From assembly GCA_049656505.1 (NCBI GenBank), contig JBASLU010000051.1:1-42824 (forward strand): 42,824 bases of DNA. The letters run 5' to 3'. The position numbers were made by a program, and so were the translations under genes. Shown here piece by piece: positions 1 through 8,137 of this stretch. Source of the stretch: Candidatus Saccharimonadales bacterium. GTDB taxonomy: Bacteria; Patescibacteriota; Saccharimonadia; Saccharimonadales; Saccharimonadaceae. Positions within the stretch are counted from its first letter, which is position 1; each line of letters opens with the position of its first letter. The notes beneath the pieces were generated by a model that saw only the letters and a program-made list of their open reading frames with translations, did not search any database and had not been told where the DNA came from.

Positions 1-1
1 C

Positions 2-403
2 CCAAAAAATATTCGCGATAAAATATATGTTATTTTAGAAAAAAATAATAAACCTATGCACTTTTCTGAAATTGCAAAATCAATTAAAAATAGCGAGTTC
101 AAACGTAAAGATGTCACCACTCAAGCAATACATAATGAGTTGATAAAAGACAAACGATTTGTTTTAATAGGCCGCGGTATTTACGCCTTAGAAAGTTGGG
201 GATTTGACAAGGGCACGGTAGCTGATGTAATCGCCAAAGTTCTCAAAAAAGCATCAGAACCATTGCATCGAGACGAGATAGTAAGAAGAGTCCTAAAAAG
301 TAGACAAGTTAAAGAAACGACTATTTTATTAAACTTGCAAAGTAAACCTCAATTTAAAAGAGTAGCAAAGGCTACCTACACTCTTAATTCTCCAGAGAAA
401 TAA
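2..403 (+). CDS. HARE-HTH-like winged-helix DNA-binding protein, 5'-partial (continues upstream of window)
   Basis: The frame is open from nt 2 (PKNIRDKIYVILEKNNKPMHFSEIAKSI...), so the ATG at 56 is internal. Two tandem modules (ILEKNNKPMHFSEIAKSI... and VLKKASEPLHRDEIVRRVL...) look like the HARE-HTH / RpoE-delta N-terminal pattern. Stop TAA at 401-403. Confidence 0.6.
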   Translation, partial: PKNIRDKIYVILEKNNKPMHFSEIAKSIKNSEFKRKDVTTQAIHNELIKDKRFVLIGRGIYALESWGFDKGTVADVIAKVLKKASEPLHRDEIVRRVLKSRQVKETTILLNLQSKPQFKRVAKATYTLNSPEK

Positions 404-455
404 GGGCTAAAGATTGACGTAAGAGCCCTTGGGGTGAGAGAATAAAAGGGTAGTT

Positions 456-3068
456 ATGAATATAATCCAAGCTATTGTGAGCTTACTTATGGAGTGGTAC
501 GTGTGGGTGCCTATTGTGGTAGTTCTTCTTTACCTAGCTTTTCAAAATTATAAAAAAATTGATGAAATTGATACGCCTTTCGAAAGTGTACTTCTGTCTC
601 TAGAAATACCTCGAACTAACGATAAAAGTGAGTTAGCGGCTGAGCAATTATTTGCTAGCTTACATGGAATTTTGCGTGATAAAACTGAGTTAAAGCTTAA
701 TAAGGGCATCCAGGAACATATCAGTTTTGAAATTGCTTCGGTCAATGGACAAATTCGATTCTATGTATGGGTTCCTAAACCCCTACGCAGCTTTGTAGAA
801 GGACAAATATATTCTCAATACCCAACAGTTCAAATTCACGAAGCAGAGGAAGACTATGTTACCCACGAATCTAATCATCAAGTAATTTATTCTTCAGAAA
901 TAGATCTAACCGATAGTGAGATGTTACCTATAAAAACTTTTCAGAATTTCGAAGTTGATCCACTAGCTGGTATTACGGGAGCTCTTGCCAAATTAGAATC
1001 AACTGGACAAGAAATATGGATACAGATATTGGCTAGGCCAATCGCGGATGATTGGCACAAAGAATCGGATAACTGGATTAAAAATATTAAAAATGGTTCA
1101 ACTGGAACGTCCTTTGGCAGTGGAATATCTTGGTTAGGCGATTTAATTAAGGCTTTTTGGCAGTCGCCAGAGCAGGGTATTGGTATGAGTTCAACTAAAG
1201 AGATATCCGATCGTGATAGAACCAGGATAGCTGAAGCTGAGAAAAAAGCTACAAAGCTTGGTTATCGTGTAAAAATCAGAATAGCTTATCTAGGCAGTAA
1301 CAACGCTGAAGCACAATTGAGAATGCAAGCTATTGTTGGCACATTCAAGCAGTTTAACAGTACTAATCTAAACGGTTTCAAAATGACTAACGCTACTTTT
1401 TCAAAGGACAAAATAAATAGTTATCGAAATAGATTATTTAATAGCCGAGGTTTTATTCTAAATATTGAAGAGTTAGCTAGTGTTTTTCATTTGCCTCACA
1501 CCAACGTAGAAACGCCTAACGTCGTTTGGGCCAGCAGTAAAAACGCTGAACCGCCTTCAAAACTGCCGATTATTACTGGAGACCCGTCAATTGATGAAAA
1601 TATCAGCGCCTTTGGTATGACTAATTTTAGGGGTATGAACCATCAGTTTGGAATATTAAGAAGCGATCGTTCGAGACATATGTATATTATTGGACAAACT
1701 GGGTCGGGAAAGACCGGCATGCTAGAACTGCTGGCATTAAGCGATATCTTCCATAACCAAGGGTATGCCATAATCGATCCACATGGTGACTTCGCAGTAG
1801 ATAATATGAGATTTATACCAGGTAGCAGAGTGGATGATGTTGTCTACTTTAATCCAGCCGATACGGCTTATCCCATCGGATTTAATCCTTTAGAAATAAC
1901 ATACAATGGTCAAAAAAATAATATAAGCTCTGAGGTTATCGGTGTATTAAAACGTATGTTTGGTGAATCATGGGGTCCCCGCATGGAGCATATTCTGCGC
2001 TATACTATTTTAGCACTACTTGATAGACCAAATACCACTATGCTTGATATAACAAGAATGTTGACTGATAAGAAATTTAGGAAAGAAACATTGAGCTACT
2101 GCCAAGATGCTGTTGTAGCCAATTTTTGGAAAAGTGAGTTTGATAGCTGGAACGATAAATTTGCAACTGAAGCTGTTGCGCCAGTTCTAAATAAAGTCGG
2201 AGCCTTCACCGCTAATCCAATCATTAGAAACATTATTGGTCAACCAAAATCTACCTTTAACCTAAGAAGTATTATGGACGAAGGTAAAATATTAATAGTA
2301 AATCTATCTAAGGGTTTAATTTGCGAAGACAACGCTGCTATTTTAGGATCATTTTTAGTCACAAAAATACAACTTGCAGCTATGAGCCGCAGTGATATTG
2401 AAAGAATTGAAGATAGACGACCATTTTACTTATACGTAGATGAATTTCAAAACTTCGCTACAGATTCTTTCGCTACAATTCTATCTGAAGCACGTAAATA
2501 TGGTCTAAACTTAACTGTAGCGAATCAATATATTAATCAGATGAACGATAGCGTTAGAGATGCTGTGTTTGGAAATGTTGGTACCTTGGCGTCATTTAGA
2601 GTATCGGCAGATGACGCCCCTATTCTATCTAAGCAATTTGAGCCACAATTTGAAGCTAGTGATTTGCTACAGATGCATAATAGAAATTTTGTTATAAATA
2701 TGGTTATTAACGGAGAGAAAGCCCCAGCATTTAACGCAACTACCTTAACCCTTCCTACCCCACAGATGGATAACACTGGTAGAATTATCGAAAATACTAG
2801 GCGTAATTATAGTCGAAGTAGGGCAGAGGTAGAAATTGTAATAGCCGAAGCAATCCAACCACTCGGCGGCCAAGCATTAATATCACCTATTAAAAAAGAA
2901 GAGATTGATTGGCCTGATGGTATTAAGCCAATTAATAATATAGAAAATAATAAAGAACCGTCCACAAACAAGAAACGCCGCAAACGCTCCAGGCGCAAAA
3001 AGAATGACACGGCGGAATCTTCTAAGGTGGTTACGAATGATGACGGAGTCTTAAAAATCGTACACTAA
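456..3068 (+). CDS. VirD4/TraD/TraG-like (FtsK-HerA superfamily) P-loop NTPase with N-terminal TM segment and ~400-aa uncharacterised N-domain
   Basis: N-terminal hydrophobic helix (WYVWVPIVVVLLYLAF). Walker A GQTGSGKTG (aa 413-421), DPHGD shortly after, Walker B FYLYVDEFQNF (aa ~656-667) and RKYGLNLTVANQYINQM, typical of coupling-protein-type ATPases. K/R-rich C-tail (KKRRKRSRRKK). Confidence 0.75.
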   Translation: MNIIQAIVSLLMEWYVWVPIVVVLLYLAFQNYKKIDEIDTPFESVLLSLEIPRTNDKSELAAEQLFASLHGILRDKTELKLNKGIQEHISFEIASVNGQIRFYVWVPKPLRSFVEGQIYSQYPTVQIHEAEEDYVTHESNHQVIYSSEIDLTDSEMLPIKTFQNFEVDPLAGITGALAKLESTGQEIWIQILARPIADDWHKESDNWIKNIKNGSTGTSFGSGISWLGDLIKAFWQSPEQGIGMSSTKEISDRDRTRIAEAEKKATKLGYRVKIRIAYLGSNNAEAQLRMQAIVGTFKQFNSTNLNGFKMTNATFSKDKINSYRNRLFNSRGFILNIEELASVFHLPHTNVETPNVVWASSKNAEPPSKLPIITGDPSIDENISAFGMTNFRGMNHQFGILRSDRSRHMYIIGQTGSGKTGMLELLALSDIFHNQGYAIIDPHGDFAVDNMRFIPGSRVDDVVYFNPADTAYPIGFNPLEITYNGQKNNISSEVIGVLKRMFGESWGPRMEHILRYTILALLDRPNTTMLDITRMLTDKKFRKETLSYCQDAVVANFWKSEFDSWNDKFATEAVAPVLNKVGAFTANPIIRNIIGQPKSTFNLRSIMDEGKILIVNLSKGLICEDNAAILGSFLVTKIQLAAMSRSDIERIEDRRPFYLYVDEFQNFATDSFATILSEARKYGLNLTVANQYINQMNDSVRDAVFGNVGTLASFRVSADDAPILSKQFEPQFEASDLLQMHNRNFVINMVINGEKAPAFNATTLTLPTPQMDNTGRIIENTRRNYSRSRAEVEIVIAEAIQPLGGQALISPIKKEEIDWPDGIKPINNIENNKEPSTNKKRRKRSRRKKNDTAESSKVVTNDDGVLKIVH

Positions 3069-3108
3069 ACTAACCTTGCTTTTTAAATTGATTTGTTAAA
3101 ACGTTATA

Positions 3109-3131
3109 AGAACAAAAATAGAACGCTCAAT
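3109..3131. repeat. Direct repeat copy 1: AGAACAAAAATAGAACGCTCAAT
   Basis: 22/23 identical to 3705-3727 in the same orientation. Contains an internal AGAAC-N6-AGAAC half-repeat. Lies 41 nt after the ATPase stop. Confidence 0.8.
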
Positions 3132-3511
3132 CATTGTTTAATTTTGAAAAAATAAATATAAGATAATATAAGGGATACTTAAAGGTTTTTGATAAAAGCT
3201 AATGGTACCAAGACGAATAGTTTAAAAATGGGGTATGATAAATAAAAAAAGAATTATTAATAATAATCTAAATTGAAAAAATAAATAAACGATACCATTG
3301 AAAAGATGGAGAGTGGACTATAATTGATTAATAGTCTTAACGTCGCACAATATACCTTTTACGACATTAGATATATTGTGAATAGTTGATTATCAATACC
3401 TTTATAATGAGGTATATTTTCCATGTAATATAATAAATAGAGAGTAGTTACGCTCTTCAAGTGTATGTATAGCTTTTTATTTTTTATTATTTTAAATTTT
3501 AATCAGTTGAC

Positions 3512-3539
3512 TAACAACAAAAGCCCTAGTTTGTTGTTA
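3512..3539. other. Perfect 10-bp hairpin (TAACAACAAA-agccctag-TTTGTTGTTA) in non-coding gap
   Basis: Read directly from the sequence. No U-tract follows on either strand, so it is not a canonical intrinsic terminator. Confidence 0.6.
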
Positions 3540-3704
3540 TAACTATATATACTGACTAAATTCCATGATATTTGATTTTTCCACAGATCCATTATATTAG
3601 TTGTCGTATCACACCACTGCTCACCTAGTGTATATAAATTTGCTTTTTTGTTAATTTGATATTAAAATATCTATTTCTCTATCCAACATGTATATTTAAA
3701 ATAC

Positions 3705-3727
3705 AGAACAAAAATAGAACACTCAAT
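3705..3727. repeat. Direct repeat copy 2: AGAACAAAAATAGAACACTCAAT
   Basis: 22/23 identical to 3109-3131. On the minus strand it overlaps a weak hairpin (CACTC-tatt-GAGTG) followed by TTCTATTTTTGTTCT, 34 nt after the ftsQ stop. This is a possible ftsQ terminator. Confidence 0.8.
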
Positions 3728-3761
3728 AGAGTGGTGGAGTAGTTACATATCTTAGATTAAA

Positions 3762-4679
3762 CTATTGGTAAGAAACTTTACCGCTAACTCTTACGTCGAT
3801 ATAACTAGGTTTTATATGTTTTTTGGTAAAATATTTAATTGCCCTATCCATGTCCCCTAGTTGCTCATCAACTGGTCTGTCTAGGGATAGCTTAACGATA
3901 AAGCCGTTTTCCTTAATCCCAATCTCAAGTTGTCTAGTAGTGTCCTCTGGTAAAATTGCTTTTGTTACCGTATATCCGTATTGCTTTGCAGCCGAAACAA
4001 CCTGACCTACAAAACTCAAAAATCTTTTACTTGCTATAGCGACACCACTGTTATTCATTGTTTCTGATGCGCCACTTTTATCAATAATTTGAACTTCTGG
4101 ATTGTCAAAATAGTTAACTTCAAATTGAGATCCGTTCTCATCGACATAATACTGCTTATTATTAATTTTCCATCCTGCGACCGGTTGACGTAATTTGATT
4201 ATAAAGTTATTATTACCAAAACTTTGCATATCTTTATATTCAATATATAAAGCCTCTGAAGCTATGTTAGAAACATAATTAGTAAGTTTTTTATTATCCA
4301 ATATAAATAAAAATCGACTGAAAGGATTTTTATTAAAATAATCTTGAATAATATCTTCGTATTTGGATTTTGGAACCGGTTTAATAATCGAGGTGTCATT
4401 AAGCACTATAGATGGTCTAGCAGTAAAATTAATTATCATTAAAAATATAATCGCAATAGATAATAAACATATTAAAAATATACCAAACAATCTACGTCTT
4501 TTTATTGATAAACGATGAACATTAGATCTTGAAAATGCTTTATTGCTGGCACTATCGTACTCCCCGCCCCCTCTATTACGAGAGAGATTTCTATTGCGTC
4601 TATAGTCCCGCTGGCTGGATATATCACTATTTGTTGTATTTTTCGCTACACGTTTTGAAAGTTTAAAATTATTTATCAT
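3762..4679 (-). CDS. ftsQ: Cell division protein FtsQ/DivIB-like (basic N-tail, single TM, POTRA-type ectodomain)
   Basis: Position directly after murG in the dcw cluster. R/N-rich cytoplasmic tail, TM LFGIFLICLLSIAIIFLMII, and a ~220-aa extracytoplasmic domain of FtsQ-like size. Sequence is divergent, so the call rests largely on synteny and topology. Confidence 0.7.
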   Translation of the reverse strand: MINNFKLSKRVAKNTTNSDISSQRDYRRNRNLSRNRGGGEYDSASNKAFSRSNVHRLSIKRRRLFGIFLICLLSIAIIFLMIINFTARPSIVLNDTSIIKPVPKSKYEDIIQDYFNKNPFSRFLFILDNKKLTNYVSNIASEALYIEYKDMQSFGNNNFIIKLRQPVAGWKINNKQYYVDENGSQFEVNYFDNPEVQIIDKSGASETMNNSGVAIASKRFLSFVGQVVSAAKQYGYTVTKAILPEDTTRQLEIGIKENGFIVKLSLDRPVDEQLGDMDRAIKYFTKKHIKPSYIDVRVSGKVSYQ

Positions 4680-4687
4680 CTTTAGTA

Positions 4688-5851
4688 TTAGCCTTTTGGT
4701 TTTTTCAATTGTCTGATTATAATCTCAGCCATCTCACTGGCAGCGTTAGGTTTGGCAAATTGTGCAAATTTTTTAGACATACTTTTCATCAAATCTCTAT
4801 TTGTGAGCAAATTATTTATAGCTTCGACAAGAATATCAGGATCCTTAACAAGATTATCCTCGTCAATTATGATTGCCGCTTTGTTGTCGGCATAAACATT
4901 GGCATTTTTTACTTGATGACCTCCCGTTAATTTAGCATTAGGTATGAATATAGTTGGTTTTTTCATAGCAGCTAACTCTAAAGCTGTCGTAGCCCCAGCT
5001 CTTGCTACAACTATATCTGCAATACCCATTAAGGACGCTATATCTTTAGATATAAAAGCATGTAATTGAAAACGCTTTTTATTTTTAGGAATTATTCTAC
5101 TTAATTGCTCATATTGAGCGTCGCCAGATATTAATACGATTGAACAAAACTCTAGTAATTTATCTGCGACAGCGATAACCGCATCATTAATTCTACTAGC
5201 GCCAAGTCCCCCACCGGTAACTAATACGATTGGATAATCGCGACTTATTTTCCATTTGTCAAAGGCTGTATCCAGATCCTTGTTAGAAAAATTATAAAAA
5301 TCTTTAGATATAGGGATACCGATATATTTAGCTTTATTTCTATCATAAGGATAATATTTTAATGGAGCGCCAGTCGCAATAAATTTTGCCCAACTGCTTA
5401 ATATTCGATTAGTAAGACCAGGATAAGCATCAGAATCATGAATTACAATCGGTATATTCAATAATCTGGCTGCAAATCCTACAGGTAAACATACATACCC
5501 ACCTTTAGTGAAAACAACATCAGGTCGCCAAATTAAAAGCTTAAAAACACTTTGAATGAAGCCGAATAGAACCAAAAAACTATCGAATAAATTTTTTATA
5601 ATTAAAGAGGGCCAAGTGATATGCTGCAGAAAAGACAAGTGATGATATCTCCTTAATTTTCCAGCCATTATAACATCGATAGGTATGTCTATACCTGCAT
5701 TTTCAAAAATATTTTTGGCATTATTATAAAATTTTCGGTCACACCAAAATCTAATTTCTGCCTTGGGCTGATTAGATTTAATCTCTTGTATAACTGCTAA
5801 AACTGGAGTGACGTGACCGCCCGACCCCCCGCCGACTGCTAATATTCGCAT
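4688..5851 (-). CDS. murG: Undecaprenyldiphospho-muramoylpentapeptide beta-N-acetylglucosaminyltransferase MurG
   Basis: MRILAVGGGSGGHVTPVLAV G-loop, TGGGLGASRIN and ARAGATTALELAAMKKPTIFIP motifs. Strong SD AAGGAGG 7 nt upstream of the ATG. Confidence 0.95.
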   Translation of the reverse strand: MRILAVGGGSGGHVTPVLAVIQEIKSNQPKAEIRFWCDRKFYNNAKNIFENAGIDIPIDVIMAGKLRRYHHLSFLQHITWPSLIIKNLFDSFLVLFGFIQSVFKLLIWRPDVVFTKGGYVCLPVGFAARLLNIPIVIHDSDAYPGLTNRILSSWAKFIATGAPLKYYPYDRNKAKYIGIPISKDFYNFSNKDLDTAFDKWKISRDYPIVLVTGGGLGASRINDAVIAVADKLLEFCSIVLISGDAQYEQLSRIIPKNKKRFQLHAFISKDIASLMGIADIVVARAGATTALELAAMKKPTIFIPNAKLTGGHQVKNANVYADNKAAIIIDEDNLVKDPDILVEAINNLLTNRDLMKSMSKKFAQFAKPNAASEMAEIIIRQLKKPKG

Positions 5852-7103
5852 ACTGAGCCTCCTTTAGTTTTGAAACGTGTACGGTATAAGTTGAAAGCTG
5901 AAATACTAAACCTAAAGCCGCCGCTATAAATATCATACTAGTTCCGCCGAAGCTTAACAGTGGCAGCGTTATACCAGTAAGGGGAAAAACTCCCGTCATT
6001 GAAGCTATATTTAAAACAATATGAGATCCAAGCCATCCAAATACACCAGCTATCAACAGTTTTAACCTCATATCAATTGTATGATCCATTATTTTTAATA
6101 GTCTCAATAACAAAGCTGAAAATATCGCTAAAACAAACATTAAGCCAACGAAACCAAACACTTCTCCCATAATTGCAAAAACTGAATCGTTGATAGCCTC
6201 AGGTAGATACCCTGTTGCCTGGACACTATTACCTATCCCAACTCCCAATAGGCCACCTGTACCAATAGCTAGTTTGGCATGTTCAACTTGATAGCTATTG
6301 TCGTCATTCAGAGAAACATTATCCCCTTGAAAAAAGGTCAATACTCTCTCGATTCGATGAGGTTCACTGATGATAAATATGGCGCCGACTACTAACGCTG
6401 ATAATAAAATCATGAGTAAGTTTTTCTTATTAATACCGCCGATGAAAAGCATTGAAAGAATCAACCCAATTACAGATATGCCAGTACCTAAATCTCTTTG
6501 TATAACTACCACAAATAGTAGAGCGATAAATGTAATTAAGGCTAATGGGATTAGTGTTTCGTGCTTGTCATTAATCTTACCCTGTTTTGCTCTGACACCC
6601 AAAAAACCAGCTAAAAATAGAAGAATGGCAAATTTTAATAACTCAGCTGGTTGGAAAGTGCCCAAAAACCCTAAGTTGAACCAGCGCGTGGCACCGAGAG
6701 TTTGTTGAGCAATACTTAAATTTAATACGTCCGATATGGCCAGTAAAACACAGGATGTTATAGCAAAAATTAGAATTTTACCGGAATATTTCGTTATGAA
6801 TGTATAAGGCACAAAAGCCATAAATAGAAAAGCCAAAAGTGATAAAGAAATACTAATTAATTGTTTAACGAAAAAATAAGATCCGCTATATTCGCTACCA
6901 TAAGCCATATTTAAAACGTTAGCTCGTTGCGGCCCAATCGCATAAATAACTACCAACCCTAATAGCATAAGAATACTAGTATAAATTAGCACAAGATAAT
7001 CAGCCTTATGCCGCCTAGTGGGAATAATATCGTTAATTTTCGCATCTTTTGATGCTGATGCGATACTATTAATTGAACTTCTTTCTCTTGATGAAGGATA
7101 CAC
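5778..7103 (-). CDS. ftsW: SEDS-family peptidoglycan glycosyltransferase FtsW (FtsW/RodA family)
   Basis: Polytopic membrane protein with QPAELLKFAILLFLA, RDLGTG and LPEAINDSVFAIMGEVFGFVG motifs. dcw position between mraY and murG. GTG start immediately after the mraY stop. The 3' end overlaps murG by 74 nt. Confidence 0.9.
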   Translation of the reverse strand: MYPSSRERSSINSIASASKDAKINDIIPTRRHKADYLVLIYTSILMLLGLVVIYAIGPQRANVLNMAYGSEYSGSYFFVKQLISISLSLLAFLFMAFVPYTFITKYSGKILIFAITSCVLLAISDVLNLSIAQQTLGATRWFNLGFLGTFQPAELLKFAILLFLAGFLGVRAKQGKINDKHETLIPLALITFIALLFVVVIQRDLGTGISVIGLILSMLFIGGINKKNLLMILLSALVVGAIFIISEPHRIERVLTFFQGDNVSLNDDNSYQVEHAKLAIGTGGLLGVGIGNSVQATGYLPEAINDSVFAIMGEVFGFVGLMFVLAIFSALLLRLLKIMDHTIDMRLKLLIAGVFGWLGSHIVLNIASMTGVFPLTGITLPLLSFGGTSMIFIAAALGLVFQLSTYTVHVSKLKEAQYANISSRRGVGRSRHSSFSSYTRD

Positions 7104-8126
7104 CTAAATATTTCCCCCCGCTAATGCCAATATGATTCCTACAAAAGCAGCTAAAATAGCAATTATACAAAACCGCATCGTTACCTTTGTTTCTGGCCAA
7201 CCGGAGGCTTCTAAGTGTTGATGAATTGGTGCAGAAACAAATATCTTTTTGTTAAATAGTTTCTTACTTAATATTTGCAATAAACTAGACCCGGCCTCTG
7301 CGACAAAAACTATTCCTATAATCGGCAGTAAAAATAGCGTATTTGTCAGCATAGAGACAACTCCAAGAGCCGTTCCTAGAGCGAAACTGCCTACATCCCC
7401 CATAAAGAAACGAGCAGGATATATATTAAACCATAGATAGCTTAATAAAGCGCCAACGATTGTGAAACAAAAACCAGCTAAAATAAATTGAGATTGCAAC
7501 ATTGCTATGATACCGAAGGCTCCAAAACTCGTTGCAAGAAGACCTCCCGCTAACCCGTCTAAACCGTCACTTATATTAGAAGCATTGCCAGTTGCGACTA
7601 CTGCAAAAGCGAAAACTGGTATCATAAACCAGCCTAATGATAAATCTCCCCAAAAAGGAACATGAACTGATGAAAAGCCTAATTTTGTATAAAAATACCA
7701 ACCTAGAGCGAGACCAAGAGTTGCAATCATAGTAAATTTCAGCCCCGCCCGAAGACCTGCCACACCGTGACCATTACTCTTTAAATTAACAATGTCGTCC
7801 AACAGTCCTACCGCAGCGCCACCAAGTAATGCCGCTAAAGGCAACCAAGTTTGTCCCCTATTTAAGTTGAAGACGAATGTTATTAAGACTATTGATATAA
7901 CAAAAATAACGCCAGCCATAGTCGGTATATTGCGTTTAAATTTATTAGCATGTAATTTATTAAAAACCTCTAGTTTTTCACCAGTAGTACTTACTGTCCT
8001 CTGCTTTTTCCAAAATTTATGTCGATAGGCCAAAAAAGTATATATTGGTGTCAAAAACATCGATAAAAGAAAAGCTCCCATACTTAAAGAAACTATACTA
8101 ACTAATTCCTTTGTCAAACTGTCCAT
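7104..8126 (-). CDS. mraY: Phospho-N-acetylmuramoyl-pentapeptide-transferase MraY
   Basis: NASNISDGLDGLAGG, MGDVGSFALG and APIHQHLEASGWPETKV motifs. The ORF is open to 8177, but the ATG at 8126 (MDSLTKEL...) avoids a 40-nt overlap with ftsI and fits the usual N-terminus. Confidence 0.93.
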   Translation of the reverse strand: MDSLTKELVSIVSLSMGAFLLSMFLTPIYTFLAYRHKFWKKQRTVSTTGEKLEVFNKLHANKFKRNIPTMAGVIFVISIVLITFVFNLNRGQTWLPLAALLGGAAVGLLDDIVNLKSNGHGVAGLRAGLKFTMIATLGLALGWYFYTKLGFSSVHVPFWGDLSLGWFMIPVFAFAVVATGNASNISDGLDGLAGGLLATSFGAFGIIAMLQSQFILAGFCFTIVGALLSYLWFNIYPARFFMGDVGSFALGTALGVVSMLTNTLFLLPIIGIVFVAEAGSSLLQILSKKLFNKKIFVSAPIHQHLEASGWPETKVTMRFCIIAILAAFVGIILALAGGNI

Positions 8127-8137
8127 TATAATAACCC

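Noticed and set aside
402-430. Hairpin AAGGGCT-15 nt-AGCCCTT after the HARE-HTH gene as an intrinsic terminator
   Set aside because: It has a large 15-nt loop and no U-tract (it is followed by GGGGTGAGAG). The next gene starts 26 nt later on the same strand, so co-transcription is more likely.
3109-3131. LexA/Cheo-box (GAAC-N4-GTTC) reading of GAACAAAAATAGAAC
   Set aside because: The half-sites are direct (GAAC...GAAC), not inverted, and the spacing is 7 rather than 4. It also sits downstream of convergent genes rather than in a promoter.
3109-3727. CRISPR-like or tandem array interpretation of the 23-bp direct repeats
   Set aside because: There are only two copies, 596 bp apart start to start, with no regular spacer-sized periodicity and no cas genes in the window.
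3069-3761. oriC or dif site in the AT-rich gap
   Set aside because: There is only one DnaA-box-like 9-mer (TTTTCCACA, 3577-3585), no cluster, and no dnaA/dnaN nearby. Candidate XerCD-like cores (around 3364-3385 and 3685-3705) match the dif consensus arms poorly (about 6/11). Terminus proximity remains untestable without whole-genome skew.
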